Shown here: piece after piece, positions 16,980 to 25,540 of the stretch
How positions within the stretch are numbered: position 1 is the first letter of the stretch
How the letters are laid out: every line of letters begins with the position of its first letter
Assembly (NCBI RefSeq): GCF_014396165.1
Contig: NZ_CP060715.1
Coordinates: forward strand, 270,001 to 302,000
DNA from: Erysipelothrix inopinata
GTDB taxonomy: Bacteria > Bacillota_I > Bacilli_A > Erysipelotrichales > Erysipelotrichaceae
Length of the DNA stretch: 32,000 bases
Direction of reading: 5' to 3'
The notes under the pieces: model-generated
What the model was told of the DNA's origin: nothing
Seen by the model: only the letters and a program-made list of their open reading frames with translations
Database searches by the model: none
Made by a program: the position numbers and the translations under genes

Positions 16980-17432
16980 ATGAAACCAATTGATCTACAA
17001 GCTTCACAAGCAGAATGGGATGTCATGAGAATTGTTTGGTCCTTAGAAAAACCAACCAGTCGTGATATTTCCACAGTACTTAAACAAACCAAAAACTGGG
17101 AACCTTCTACCACCAAAACACTCTTAAGTAGACTTGTAAAAAAAGGATACCTTGATGTAGAGAAGGATGGCAAATCTTTTATATATTTCCCAATGATGAC
17201 AGAAGAGGATAGTGTTACCCACCGTGTTAATGGTCTCTTTGACTCATTTTGCGAGAAAAAAGTTGGAGCAGCTATTGCCGAAGCTGTTGATAGTTATGAT
17301 CTAACTGAAGCAGATATCGATACAATCATGACACTTCTCAAAAACAAAAAAGCTTCAGACCACATACGGTGTTCATGTATTCCTGAAGAATGTTCTTGTG
17401 AAGGAATGAAATGCACCTGCCATCTTAAATAG
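16980..17432 (+). CDS. copY: CopY/TcrY-type copper-responsive repressor (BlaI/MecI/CopY family)
   Basis: The N-terminal winged helix reads SQAEWDVMRIVW...KTLLSRLVKKGYL. The C-terminal motif CSCIPEECSC fits CxCx4CxC. Confidence 0.85.
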   Translation: MKPIDLQASQAEWDVMRIVWSLEKPTSRDISTVLKQTKNWEPSTTKTLLSRLVKKGYLDVEKDGKSFIYFPMMTEEDSVTHRVNGLFDSFCEKKVGAAIAEAVDSYDLTEADIDTIMTLLKNKKASDHIRCSCIPEECSCEGMKCTCHLK

Positions 17433-17551
17433 TTTACGGATAATTTTAACCTGATTCATCTTTACATATTTGATAAAAGATTCACATAGTTTCTTTGACA
17501 TGACCTCTCTAATAACATATTATTTTATTATATTAATTAGGGAGAAATCGT

Positions 17552-17788
17552 ATGAAAAAAATTCTTACAGTTCTATTAGCTGTATTCTTATTAACGGGAT
17601 GTTCTGGTGGAAAATCCTCAAGTTGGGATTCTGATCAAATTACTGTCGATGGTCAAGTCATTTCTATGGATATGACGCTGAAAAAAATCTTGGAAGTATC
17701 TAAATCTGCTTATTCAATGTCACGGTACTACAAGCTCCCTAAAGATGTGAAATTCAATGAAGTCGAACTTGAGTATTGGAAATCTTAA
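17552..17788 (+). CDS. Lipoprotein, 78 aa; possibly the N-terminal part of a disrupted longer lipoprotein gene
   Basis: GGGAG RBS and lipobox LLTGC are present. The ORF ends 13 nt after the next ORF opens in another frame. Confidence 0.55.
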   Translation: MKKILTVLLAVFLLTGCSGGKSSSWDSDQITVDGQVISMDMTLKKILEVSKSAYSMSRYYKLPKDVKFNEVELEYWKS

Positions 17789-18213
17789 ACATCAATGTTA
17801 TGACAAAAAAAGTTATGACAAAAAAAAGTCTTGAAGAAGACGCATACGGGGTTATTGAGATGATGATTGTGAACACAAAAGAATCCACACAATCTCTTCC
17901 AGATAGTACACCGCTCGTAATAACCATTAACCTTGCAAATGCAGCTGAAGATTTTAAATCAACGGAAATTGAATTTCCAGGTGGCATTAAAGCGGGATCA
18001 ACTCGAGATGATGTTATCAAAGCCTATGGTGACAAATTCGAACCCACAGGCAAATCAAAAATAACATACACTAAGGAATTAACGAGCAAAGGTGGGAAGG
18101 CAGATCACTACCTGGAACTCGAGTTTAATTCTAAAGATGAGCTCAAGAGCTACACACTTGTGAACTCAAAAGGTGTTCCAGCATCTGATGTAGAAGAATA
18201 TACTTTCAAATAA
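17776..18213 (+). CDS. Hypothetical protein without a signal peptide; possibly the C-terminal part of the same lipoprotein
   Basis: This frame is open only from 17773. TTG at 17776 and ATG at 17800 and 17815 all lack a Shine-Dalgarno. The motif GGIKAGSTRDDVIKAYG resembles the ITVDGQVISMDMTLKKILE segment of the upstream ORF. Confidence 0.45.
   Translation: MEILNINVMTKKVMTKKSLEEDAYGVIEMMIVNTKESTQSLPDSTPLVITINLANAAEDFKSTEIEFPGGIKAGSTRDDVIKAYGDKFEPTGKSKITYTKELTSKGGKADHYLELEFNSKDELKSYTLVNSKGVPASDVEEYTFK
17797..17826 (+). repeat. Perfect 15-nt tandem duplication GTTATGACAAAAAAA x2 (encodes VMTKK VMTKK), carrying A7 and A8 tracts
   Basis: Read directly from the sequence: unit 1 is 17797-17811 and unit 2 is 17812-17826. 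Confidence 0.9.
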
Positions 18214-18220
18214 ACACTCA

Positions 18221-18252
18221 AACTGAGAAAGTCATCACTTTCTCAGTTTTTA
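18221..18252 (+). terminator. Intrinsic terminator
   Basis: The stem is AACTGAGAAAGT / ACTTTCTCAGTT with loop CATC, followed by a T-run. Confidence 0.8.
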
Positions 18253-18353
18253 TATATATCAAACGCCAATCTTACATTTCTGATACAATCAATGAACATT
18301 TGTTTACTCATGTCCCGTATTTTACTATAATTTAAATATACAAGGAGCCTTTT

Positions 18354-20114
18354 ATGAATCATTTTAAAATCAAAGACGTATTCAAGAAGAGTAAACTATT
18401 AATTCAACGCGACTTCTTTACTTATGTAGCGATAGTGATGATTATCGAATCACTCGCTTTATTCTTAATCAATCAAGTGAGTTCACGTGTTTTCAGTCTT
18501 GCCTTAATTTCAGCAAAGATGAAAGGAATTACTAACGAAAACTTTCTACAGGTCTTTTCCCATCCAACTGCTATATTCTTACTATTATCAGTCGCGATTA
18601 TATCGGCGATATTTATTGTTCTTCAGTTAACCATTACCACTTCATATGCAAATGGTGGTTACACTAAAGAACCCTTGAATCTTAAACGAGCGCTCGCACC
18701 GCTTAAAAGAATTAAGGCTAAAGAAATACTTTTACTTTTAATCTTTGTGTTTGTAATCTCTCCTAATGGCAACTTGAGTATTAGTTCGGAAATTACTTCC
18801 AATCTCCATCTTCCACGCTTTATCGTAGATACGATATTGGAAAACACACTCTACTCGACACTTTATTTCTCTGCTATTGCGATATCTTTCTACTTAAATC
18901 TAAGATTATACTATGCCTTTGTTATCTTTAGTTTAGAACCCCTTTCATTTACAGAATCTCTCAAGAAGAGTTGGAAGATTACAAAACACCAACAGTTACG
19001 AATCCTTGGATTAATTGGTACCATTACAATCAGTAGTGTCGTCGGTGTGCTCGTTATCTTTGCACTTGCTTATCTACCATATGTTGGATTAGCAGCCATG
19101 TGGCCACATTTAGATCGTCTCTTTAACTCAGTTATGCAAGTATTTTTCCTCTTTGGGACCATCATTTTTATATCCTTTGTAGCAATTCTATCCATTCAAG
19201 TTGCTGTCGTAAGTTATCACGAACTCAACAATGAAGAACCGTTCGAAATAACGAAAAAACATCATGCTCTAAAATATCGAATTGCATTTAACACCTTAAC
19301 ACTTCTCGCATTTTGTGCCGCTGTCTTTGCTGCATATTATGACCAACCCGATCCTTCTCTTCTTGGAAATGTGAAGATTGTAGCCCATCGTGGTGAATCC
19401 TTTGCTGCCATTGAAAACACAATGGAATCTCTCAAATTAGCAAATGAGTATAAACCCGACTTTGTAGAAATGGATATTCAACAAACAAAGGATCATCAAA
19501 TTGTTGTCTATCATGACTACACTCTTAAGAGACTTTCTGATCAAAGTGATCGCATTAATGCTTTAACATGGGATGAGCTCAAGGATGTGGAAATATCGCA
19601 TCGCGGACACACATCCACGATACCACTCTTTGATGATTACCTAGCTCTCGCATCAGAATTGAATCAACCATTAATGGTAGAGGTTAAAACGACGTCACTA
19701 GATAGTCCTGAGTTCCTAGATGATATGATGGCTCTAATCAAGAAAAATAAAATGGAACATCGGGTCATCTTCCAATCTCTTGATCTTGATGCTATCTTAC
19801 TTTTAAAAGAAAAATACCCTTCCGCAACAACAGGGTATATTCTAGGCTTTAATCTTGGAGGTCTTGAAAACATCAATGTCGATTTCTTCTCAATCGAAGA
19901 CTTCTCAATTTCATCTCGAGTTATGCGTGATGTTCATAAGTATAATAAAGGTCTCTTCGTATGGACTGTAAATGATGAAGATAATATGCGATTATACTTA
20001 CAATCAGATGTAACGGGAATTATTACAGACCATGCCGCAACTGCGAAAGACATCTTTAAAGATTTAAGAGAACGACGTTTAAGTGATATATTTTGGAACT
20101 TCTCGTTCGACTAA
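18354..20114 (+). CDS. Membrane-bound glycerophosphodiester phosphodiesterase (N-terminal polytopic domain plus C-terminal GP-PDE domain)
   Basis: AAGGAG RBS. About 330 aa with multiple TM helices precede the GP-PDE catalytic strings VAHRGES...ENT and FVEMDIQQTKDHQIVVYHD. Confidence 0.85.
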   Translation: MNHFKIKDVFKKSKLLIQRDFFTYVAIVMIIESLALFLINQVSSRVFSLALISAKMKGITNENFLQVFSHPTAIFLLLSVAIISAIFIVLQLTITTSYANGGYTKEPLNLKRALAPLKRIKAKEILLLLIFVFVISPNGNLSISSEITSNLHLPRFIVDTILENTLYSTLYFSAIAISFYLNLRLYYAFVIFSLEPLSFTESLKKSWKITKHQQLRILGLIGTITISSVVGVLVIFALAYLPYVGLAAMWPHLDRLFNSVMQVFFLFGTIIFISFVAILSIQVAVVSYHELNNEEPFEITKKHHALKYRIAFNTLTLLAFCAAVFAAYYDQPDPSLLGNVKIVAHRGESFAAIENTMESLKLANEYKPDFVEMDIQQTKDHQIVVYHDYTLKRLSDQSDRINALTWDELKDVEISHRGHTSTIPLFDDYLALASELNQPLMVEVKTTSLDSPEFLDDMMALIKKNKMEHRVIFQSLDLDAILLLKEKYPSATTGYILGFNLGGLENINVDFFSIEDFSISSRVMRDVHKYNKGLFVWTVNDEDNMRLYLQSDVTGIITDHAATAKDIFKDLRERRLSDIFWNFSFD

Positions 20115-20127
20115 TTTGAGGTAAATT

Positions 20128-21000
20128 ATGAAACAATGGACTATTGACACCACATTTGTGGGACTTCGTGCTGATATATTTATTAGTCAGCATTCTGACT
20201 ATTCACGGTCTAAAGTGAATGAAATGATTAAAAGTGAATGTATTATGGTAAACCACAATTCAATCAAAGCGAATTATAAATTACATTTAAACGATTTAAT
20301 TGAATTGCAAGATTACGTTGAAAAAGCACATGATTTAGCACCTGTTGAAATGAAACTGGATATTGTATATGAAGACGACTATCTTATTATTGTGAATAAA
20401 CCTTCCGGACTTGTTGTACATCCAAGTAAAGGAAATCGAGATCAAAGTCTTTTGCAAGGTTTGATTTACTATTACCAAAACACTTCATTTAAACCAGGAA
20501 TTGTCCACCGTCTTGATAAACAGACAAGCGGACTTCTTATCGTTGCTAAAGACATGATGACTCATCGACTCCTAGCGAGTGCTATTGAAAATAAAGAGGT
20601 TCAAAGATATTATCGAGCGTTAGTAAAAGGTGATTTTACAGAGAATTCCTGTTGGGTACGTCACAAGATTTCTGAATCATCAAAGCTCAAACAAATGGTT
20701 CTCGATCCCGAAAATGGAAAAGAGGCCGTAACTGAAGTTTTAAAAATCGCATCCAATCAAAGTTACTCTCTCTTGGAATATCATCTTTTCACCGGTCGCA
20801 AACATCAGATTCGCATTCACTCTCAATCATTGGGATTTCCAATTCTAAATGACCCCGTTTATGCTCTTGAATCTTTCGACCCAGATTACGGGCAATTTCT
20901 ATGTGCATTCAAGCTAATGTTCACCCATCCAAGGACACATGAAAACCTTGAATTTACAATCCCTCTCCCTGAGGAATTTGCACAGTATCTTCAACTCTAA
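20128..21000 (+). CDS. RluA-family pseudouridine synthase (RluD-like, S4-like N-terminus)
   Basis: The catalytic motif HRLDKQTSGLLIVAKD is present, plus the GRKHQIRIH motif. The gene starts 13 nt after the GP-PDE gene. Confidence 0.85.
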   Translation: MKQWTIDTTFVGLRADIFISQHSDYSRSKVNEMIKSECIMVNHNSIKANYKLHLNDLIELQDYVEKAHDLAPVEMKLDIVYEDDYLIIVNKPSGLVVHPSKGNRDQSLLQGLIYYYQNTSFKPGIVHRLDKQTSGLLIVAKDMMTHRLLASAIENKEVQRYYRALVKGDFTENSCWVRHKISESSKLKQMVLDPENGKEAVTEVLKIASNQSYSLLEYHLFTGRKHQIRIHSQSLGFPILNDPVYALESFDPDYGQFLCAFKLMFTHPRTHENLEFTIPLPEEFAQYLQL

Positions 21001-21004
21001 AGAA

Positions 21005-21033
21005 AAGCATCGCGATTCAATCTCACGATGCTT
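21005..21033. terminator. Hairpin between convergent genes (likely bidirectional terminator)
   Basis: The stem is AAGCATCG / CGATGCTT with a 13-nt loop, followed by CTTTATTT. Confidence 0.5.
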
Positions 21034-21039
21034 CTTTAT

Positions 21040-21903
21040 TTACTTACGATCTTCTAATATTTTTTCGATATATTTCGCAACACCATCATTATCATTGGTA
21101 TCGGTCATGTCTTTCGCAACGGCTTTTAATGAGCCCATGGCATTTTCCATAGCAACACCCAATCCCACACGTGAAATCATGCTTATATCATTTTCTGCAT
21201 CACCAAATGCTACGATCTCTTCAGGTTTTATTCCCTTTGAAGCAGCATAGGCAATTAATGCTTCTCCCTTATTCACGGATTTAGGCATGATTTCAGCCCA
21301 TCCATGTCCAACAAGTAGCAAGTCAAAATCATAGTGGATTTCTTTCTTAATTCGACCAAAGACTAAGTCGAGATAATCATCATTTTGAACAAACACAATC
21401 TTTAAGATTGGGTCATTGGCATCGAAACGATGTTTGATATCGGATAATGCTTGAACTTCTTCAGTATTAGCACGATCTTTAAAGAAACGTAGTTTGTTAT
21501 GTTTCATTCCAATTGTATAATCTTGATAAGCTATATTTTCCATTTGGAAATAAATAACATCATCATAACAATATAGAATTCCCATATGATACTTCTTACC
21601 CAGTTGTTCCATCTTCATACATTCTTCATATGTCATGGTTCGACCATCAACGCATTCTTCGTGAGGCAAGTTATAGGTTCTTAATCCATTTAGGCAGATG
21701 ATACCGTATCCTTCTTCTACGATATCCAACTGTTGGGCCACACCCAATGCACCATCATAAGAACGACCTGTAGCAATTACAAAATCAATACCATGGTCCT
21801 TTAAACGATGAATAACTTCTTTTGTATACTCTGTAGCTTGATGCTCTGAGTTAATAAGTGTCCCATCAACATCACTTGCAATTAATTTAATATTTTGAGT
21901 CAT
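21040..21903 (-). CDS. Cof-type HAD-IIB phosphatase
   Basis: ATG at 21903 lies behind AAAGGAGAG. HAD motif I is IASDVDGTL and motif IV is FGDAENDISM. Confidence 0.85.
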   Translation of the reverse strand: MTQNIKLIASDVDGTLINSEHQATEYTKEVIHRLKDHGIDFVIATGRSYDGALGVAQQLDIVEEGYGIICLNGLRTYNLPHEECVDGRTMTYEECMKMEQLGKKYHMGILYCYDDVIYFQMENIAYQDYTIGMKHNKLRFFKDRANTEEVQALSDIKHRFDANDPILKIVFVQNDDYLDLVFGRIKKEIHYDFDLLLVGHGWAEIMPKSVNKGEALIAYAASKGIKPEEIVAFGDAENDISMISRVGLGVAMENAMGSLKAVAKDMTDTNDNDGVAKYIEKILEDRK

Positions 21904-21950
21904 CTCTATCTCTCCTTTGATAAAAAAGTCCAACACAAAAATGCGTTGGC

Positions 21951-22334
21951 TTATTTTTTCATAGCTTCAATTGTTGCTTCAAGTTTATTATGTGGATCTT
22001 CCCAACCTGCAGGTTTAATTGTTTTTCCATCTTTGTTATAGTGTGGTTTTCCATCTTCCCATAACTTACTCATGTTTGCATGTTGTACAATTTCAAAAAG
22101 TGGATCTGGTTGAATTCCCATTTCTACAAGCGTACCTAAAGCAAAGTAGATTGTATCAATCATTGCATCTGCTTGTTCTGTAATATCATCTGCTTCTAAA
22201 AATTCATCGATTTCTTCAAGCATCCATTTGTAACGCTTTTGTGCACGTTCTTGATCCATGAACTTAGGCGTATCAGCAACTGGATGATCGAATTTTTCAT
22301 GAAAATCGCGAACTGCTTCCCATTCTTTATTCAT
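21951..22334 (-). CDS. Small all-alpha MazG-like NTP pyrophosphohydrolase-family protein
   Basis: ATG at 22334 lies behind GAGGAGG. The acidic helix pair EEIDEFLEA...EQADAMIDTIY has the MazG/dimeric-dUTPase style. The family assignment is tentative. Confidence 0.5.
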   Translation of the reverse strand: MNKEWEAVRDFHEKFDHPVADTPKFMDQERAQKRYKWMLEEIDEFLEADDITEQADAMIDTIYFALGTLVEMGIQPDPLFEIVQHANMSKLWEDGKPHYNKDGKTIKPAGWEDPHNKLEATIEAMKK

Positions 22335-22484
22335 CAACAAAATCCTCCTCATTCGTTACTATATTATCTTATCATATTGCTATTACAATATCACTTAGAC
22401 ATCCTCTTTTTTCACAAACTAAGTCAGTTATTATCTCAAGATTCCAGGTCAACTAATATTTTTATTACAAAATTAAAAGAGGCC

Positions 22485-22512
22485 TTGCATTTCAACTCGA
22501 TTGATGTATAAT
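22485..22512 (+). promoter_or_regulatory. Sigma-A-type promoter of the P-type ATPase gene
   Basis: -35 is TTGCAT (22485-22490), the spacer is 16 nt and -10 is TATAAT (22507-22512). Confidence 0.6.
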
Positions 22513-22518
22513 GAACGC

Positions 22519-22534
22519 ATGAACAAGTATTCAT
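22519..22534. promoter_or_regulatory. Candidate ArsR/SmtB-type (CzrA-like) operator
   Basis: ATGAACAAGTATTCAT contains TGAA-N6-TTCA and lies just downstream of the -10. As I recall it, this is one base different from the staphylococcal CzrA operator core TGAACAAATATTCA. Confidence 0.35.
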
Positions 22535-22551
22535 ATATTAGGAGGTATCAT

Positions 22552-24528
22552 ATGAGTCATAATCATTCAACACATGAACACAATCATGATAAACACGATC
22601 ACAACCATCATCATGATCACGATCACAGCCACGAGCATGGTCACAGTCATGATCACGATCACGGTGCATTACCAGTCTATTTATTCTTTGGAGGTCTTGG
22701 TGCATTCTTAATTGCTCTTCTAGCACCTCTAAGTCCAACTATTAAAGCAGTGCTTTATATTGTAGCAATGTTAGCATCGGGATATCACATTATTATTGAA
22801 GGTGTTACCGATACAATTAGCAGTACTAAAGAAAAAGGTAAGTTTACACCTAATGTACATATCTTAATGTCACTCGCTGCAGTGGGTGCATCAATCATTG
22901 GAAACTTTGAGGAAGGTGCATTACTAATTCTTATCTTTGCTGGTGCTCACTTCTTAGAACACTATGCAGAAGATCGCAGTAAACGTGAAATTACGAGTCT
23001 TTTAAACCTGAACCCTACCGAAGCACGTCGTCTTAAAGATGATGGAACCACAGAAACAGTTCAAGTTACTGATTTACAAATTGGCGATCGTCTACAAGTT
23101 TTAAACGGCGACCAAATACCTACTGATGGTGTTATCATCGAAGGATATAGTTCTATTGATGAATCTTCAATCAATGGTGAAAGTATTCCTCGCGAAAAAT
23201 CAGTCGGAGATGAAGTATTCGGAAGTACTATGAATGGTACTGGAAGCTTCGTTATGGAAGTGACTAAAGATAGTAGCGAAACACTTTTCGCTAAGATTAT
23301 TGAACTTGTAAATCAATCACAATCAAATTTATCACGTACCGCTACTAAGATTCAAAAATTAGAGCCAACATACGTTACAGCTGTCTTAATCATTGTTCCT
23401 ATCTTTATTCTTTTAGGTCCTGTCATCTTTGGATGGTCATGGTATCTCAGTTTCTACCGTGGTATGGTATTCTTAACTGTTGCATCTCCTTGTGCACTTG
23501 CTGCAGCCGCAGTACCTGCAACATTATCCGCAATTTCAAATCTTGCACGTCAAGGTGTACTCTTCAAGGGAGGATCATTTTTATCCAACCTGTCAGATGT
23601 TAAAGCAGTTGCATTCGATAAAACCGGAACACTTACGAATGGAAAACCTGTTGTAACTGATTCCTACTTTGAATCTCATTTATCACAAGATCAAATTCAA
23701 GCATATAAAGATATCATCGTTGCCATGGAAAAAACTGCAAACCATCCATTAGCTGATGCAATTATCAAAGGATTCCCAACGAACGAATCTTTAAAATTAG
23801 ATGTAGAAAATGAAATTGGTAAAGGATTAACTTCAACTTACAATAACAAGCAATATCAAATTGGAAAGCAAGCACTCTTCACCATTACAAATGAAGATAT
23901 GATTGCGAAAAGTGAAGCCTTTGCTAAAGAAGGAAATACTGTCGTTTACTTCGCTGAAGATGGTGTTGTATTAGGAATGATCGCTATGATGGATATTCCA
24001 AATGACTACGCTAAAGCTGTAATTGAATACTTACATACTCAAAACATCCATACTGTAATGATTACAGGTGATGCCGAAGTAACAGGCCAAGCAGTTGCTA
24101 AACAATTAGGAATTGACGAAGTAATTGGTAATGTAATGCCTGAAAACAAAGCAGCAATCGTAACACAACTCCAAGAAAAACACGGCGTTGTAGCCATGTT
24201 AGGTGATGGAGTTAACGATGCTCCTGCACTTGTTAAAGCAGATATTGGATTTGCAATGGGTGATGGTACAGATATTGCTATTGATGTTGCAGATGCAGTT
24301 CTCATGAAAAATGACTTAACTAAATTCGCTTATGCACATAAAGTATCCAAGAAGTTAAATAGAATTGTATGGGAAAATGTTATCTTCTCAATGTTCATCG
24401 TTGCACTACTTGTTGTACTTAACGTACTCGGTAAGATGTCCTTACCACTTGGAGTCATTGCTCACGAAGGAAGCACACTCGTGGTTCTCTTCAATGGACT
24501 GAGACTCTTAAAGAAAATTAATGAATAA
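22552..24528 (+). CDS. P1B-type heavy-metal-translocating ATPase with a His-rich N-terminus (P1B-4-like signatures)
   Basis: ATG at 22552 lies behind AGGAGG. The N-terminus is HNHSTHEHNHDKHDHNHHHDHDHSHEHGHSHDHDHG. TM motifs are SPC (VASPCAL) and HEGST. Catalytic motifs DKTGTLT, TGD and GDGVNDAP are present. Confidence 0.9.
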   Translation: MSHNHSTHEHNHDKHDHNHHHDHDHSHEHGHSHDHDHGALPVYLFFGGLGAFLIALLAPLSPTIKAVLYIVAMLASGYHIIIEGVTDTISSTKEKGKFTPNVHILMSLAAVGASIIGNFEEGALLILIFAGAHFLEHYAEDRSKREITSLLNLNPTEARRLKDDGTTETVQVTDLQIGDRLQVLNGDQIPTDGVIIEGYSSIDESSINGESIPREKSVGDEVFGSTMNGTGSFVMEVTKDSSETLFAKIIELVNQSQSNLSRTATKIQKLEPTYVTAVLIIVPIFILLGPVIFGWSWYLSFYRGMVFLTVASPCALAAAAVPATLSAISNLARQGVLFKGGSFLSNLSDVKAVAFDKTGTLTNGKPVVTDSYFESHLSQDQIQAYKDIIVAMEKTANHPLADAIIKGFPTNESLKLDVENEIGKGLTSTYNNKQYQIGKQALFTITNEDMIAKSEAFAKEGNTVVYFAEDGVVLGMIAMMDIPNDYAKAVIEYLHTQNIHTVMITGDAEVTGQAVAKQLGIDEVIGNVMPENKAAIVTQLQEKHGVVAMLGDGVNDAPALVKADIGFAMGDGTDIAIDVADAVLMKNDLTKFAYAHKVSKKLNRIVWENVIFSMFIVALLVVLNVLGKMSLPLGVIAHEGSTLVVLFNGLRLLKKINE

Positions 24529-24540
24529 CTACTACTAAAA

Positions 24541-24568
24541 AGAATGGTTCGATGACCATTCTTTTTTT
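24541..24568. terminator. Bidirectional intrinsic terminator
   Basis: The stem is AGAATGGT / ACCATTCT with loop TCGATG. It is flanked by an A-run and a T-run. Confidence 0.8.
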
Positions 24569-24809
24569 ATATTATCGCATTATCTTCTAAATATTTTTGA
24601 ACATCACGGGGATCTTTATTCGTTAGCTTAGCCTGTACCGTTTGTTGCATCACCCGAATAAATGATTGATAAAACTTTGTATCTGTTTCTTCAAATAGCG
24701 TAGCACACGCCACAAACAGGGTTATTAAATCGATATCAGAAAGTTCATCAAAGTGCTCTGCAATATATTTAACCCGATCCAGTATTATTATCTTACGATC
24801 ATCATTCAT
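24567..24809 (-). CDS. Hypothetical small helical protein (80 aa)
   Basis: GGAGG RBS and a clean ORF with a terminator. No family was recognised. Confidence 0.5.
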   Translation of the reverse strand: MNDDRKIIILDRVKYIAEHFDELSDIDLITLFVACATLFEETDTKFYQSFIRVMQQTVQAKLTNKDPRDVQKYLEDNAII

Positions 24810-24867
24810 GAATTAGCCTCCATCTTACTTATACTTATATTATATCAAACATTCACCTCAATAAGCC

Positions 24868-24890
24868 AAAAAAAGAGGCTAAGCCTCTTT
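24868..24890 (-). terminator. Intrinsic terminator
   Basis: The minus strand reads AAAGAGGC-TTA-GCCTCTTT, followed by TTTTTTGG. Confidence 0.75.
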
Positions 24891-24895
24891 AATAT

Positions 24896-25429
24896 TTATA
24901 CGGATTTAATTACCTTACCAACGCCGGTACCGATAAATCCAATACCAATCCATAGAACTAAGAAACTTTCTGCTTCTTGAGGATTAAAGAGCAAGCTTGC
25001 TCCGTAAACAATTAATAATACATCTAATATAATCATAACAATACGTGACCATCCCTTTTGGAAATGCACAACATATTGAAGTTGAACTGCACTATCAACA
25101 ATAATCCAGAAAACCAATAAGTAACTTAGCACTAATGTGTTGTTGATGAAATCACCAAATAAGAACATTAATCCAAGTAAGAGTAAACAGATACCTTCAA
25201 GAAAACTACCCGACCGCACTTCATCATTCTCTCTATTTTTAAATGATGAAAGTGTTGCAAGTATCCCCATGATGGTAACAGTCCATCCCATTGCAAACGA
25301 AAGCGTCGACAATGTTGTTGCTGGATGTTGAATCATCAAAAATCCAAGAACTGTATAAACAAGTCCTGTACAAATATAGACGATTTTTTTCCACAAACTA
25401 ACATGTCCCACTTCATACTGAGTATTCAT
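24896..25429 (-). CDS. HdeD/DUF308-like six-TM membrane protein
   Basis: AAGGAG RBS. The protein has repeated pairs of TM helices with small-residue spacing, and its 177-aa size is typical of the HdeD family. The assignment rests on architecture. Confidence 0.55.
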   Translation of the reverse strand: MNTQYEVGHVSLWKKIVYICTGLVYTVLGFLMIQHPATTLSTLSFAMGWTVTIMGILATLSSFKNRENDEVRSGSFLEGICLLLLGLMFLFGDFINNTLVLSYLLVFWIIVDSAVQLQYVVHFQKGWSRIVMIILDVLLIVYGASLLFNPQEAESFLVLWIGIGFIGTGVGKVIKSV

Positions 25430-25540
25430 AGTTTAAGACTCTCCTTTTCCTACTCAATTATACGCTTTATATTAACAACAACAATGATAAGCAAGGTTCT
25501 TTCACAAATCTTTCATACTATGGGAAAGAAGCAATAAATA

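Noticed and set aside
17773-17788. Programmed -1 ribosomal frameshift joining the two lipoprotein ORFs
   Set aside because: The 16-nt overlap window (GTATTGGAAATCTTAA) contains no X-XXY-YYZ slippery heptamer, and no obvious downstream structure is present. A mutation or two separate genes is more likely.
16943-18020. Minus-strand ORFs 16943-17173 and 17754-18020
   Set aside because: They are antisense to copY and to the lipoprotein ORFs, and they lack an RBS and motifs.
22538-24305. Minus-strand ORFs 22538-22738 (His/Asp-rich) and 24039-24305
   Set aside because: The first is the mirror image of the CAT/GAT-rich codons of the ATPase His tail. The second is antisense within the ATPase catalytic domain.
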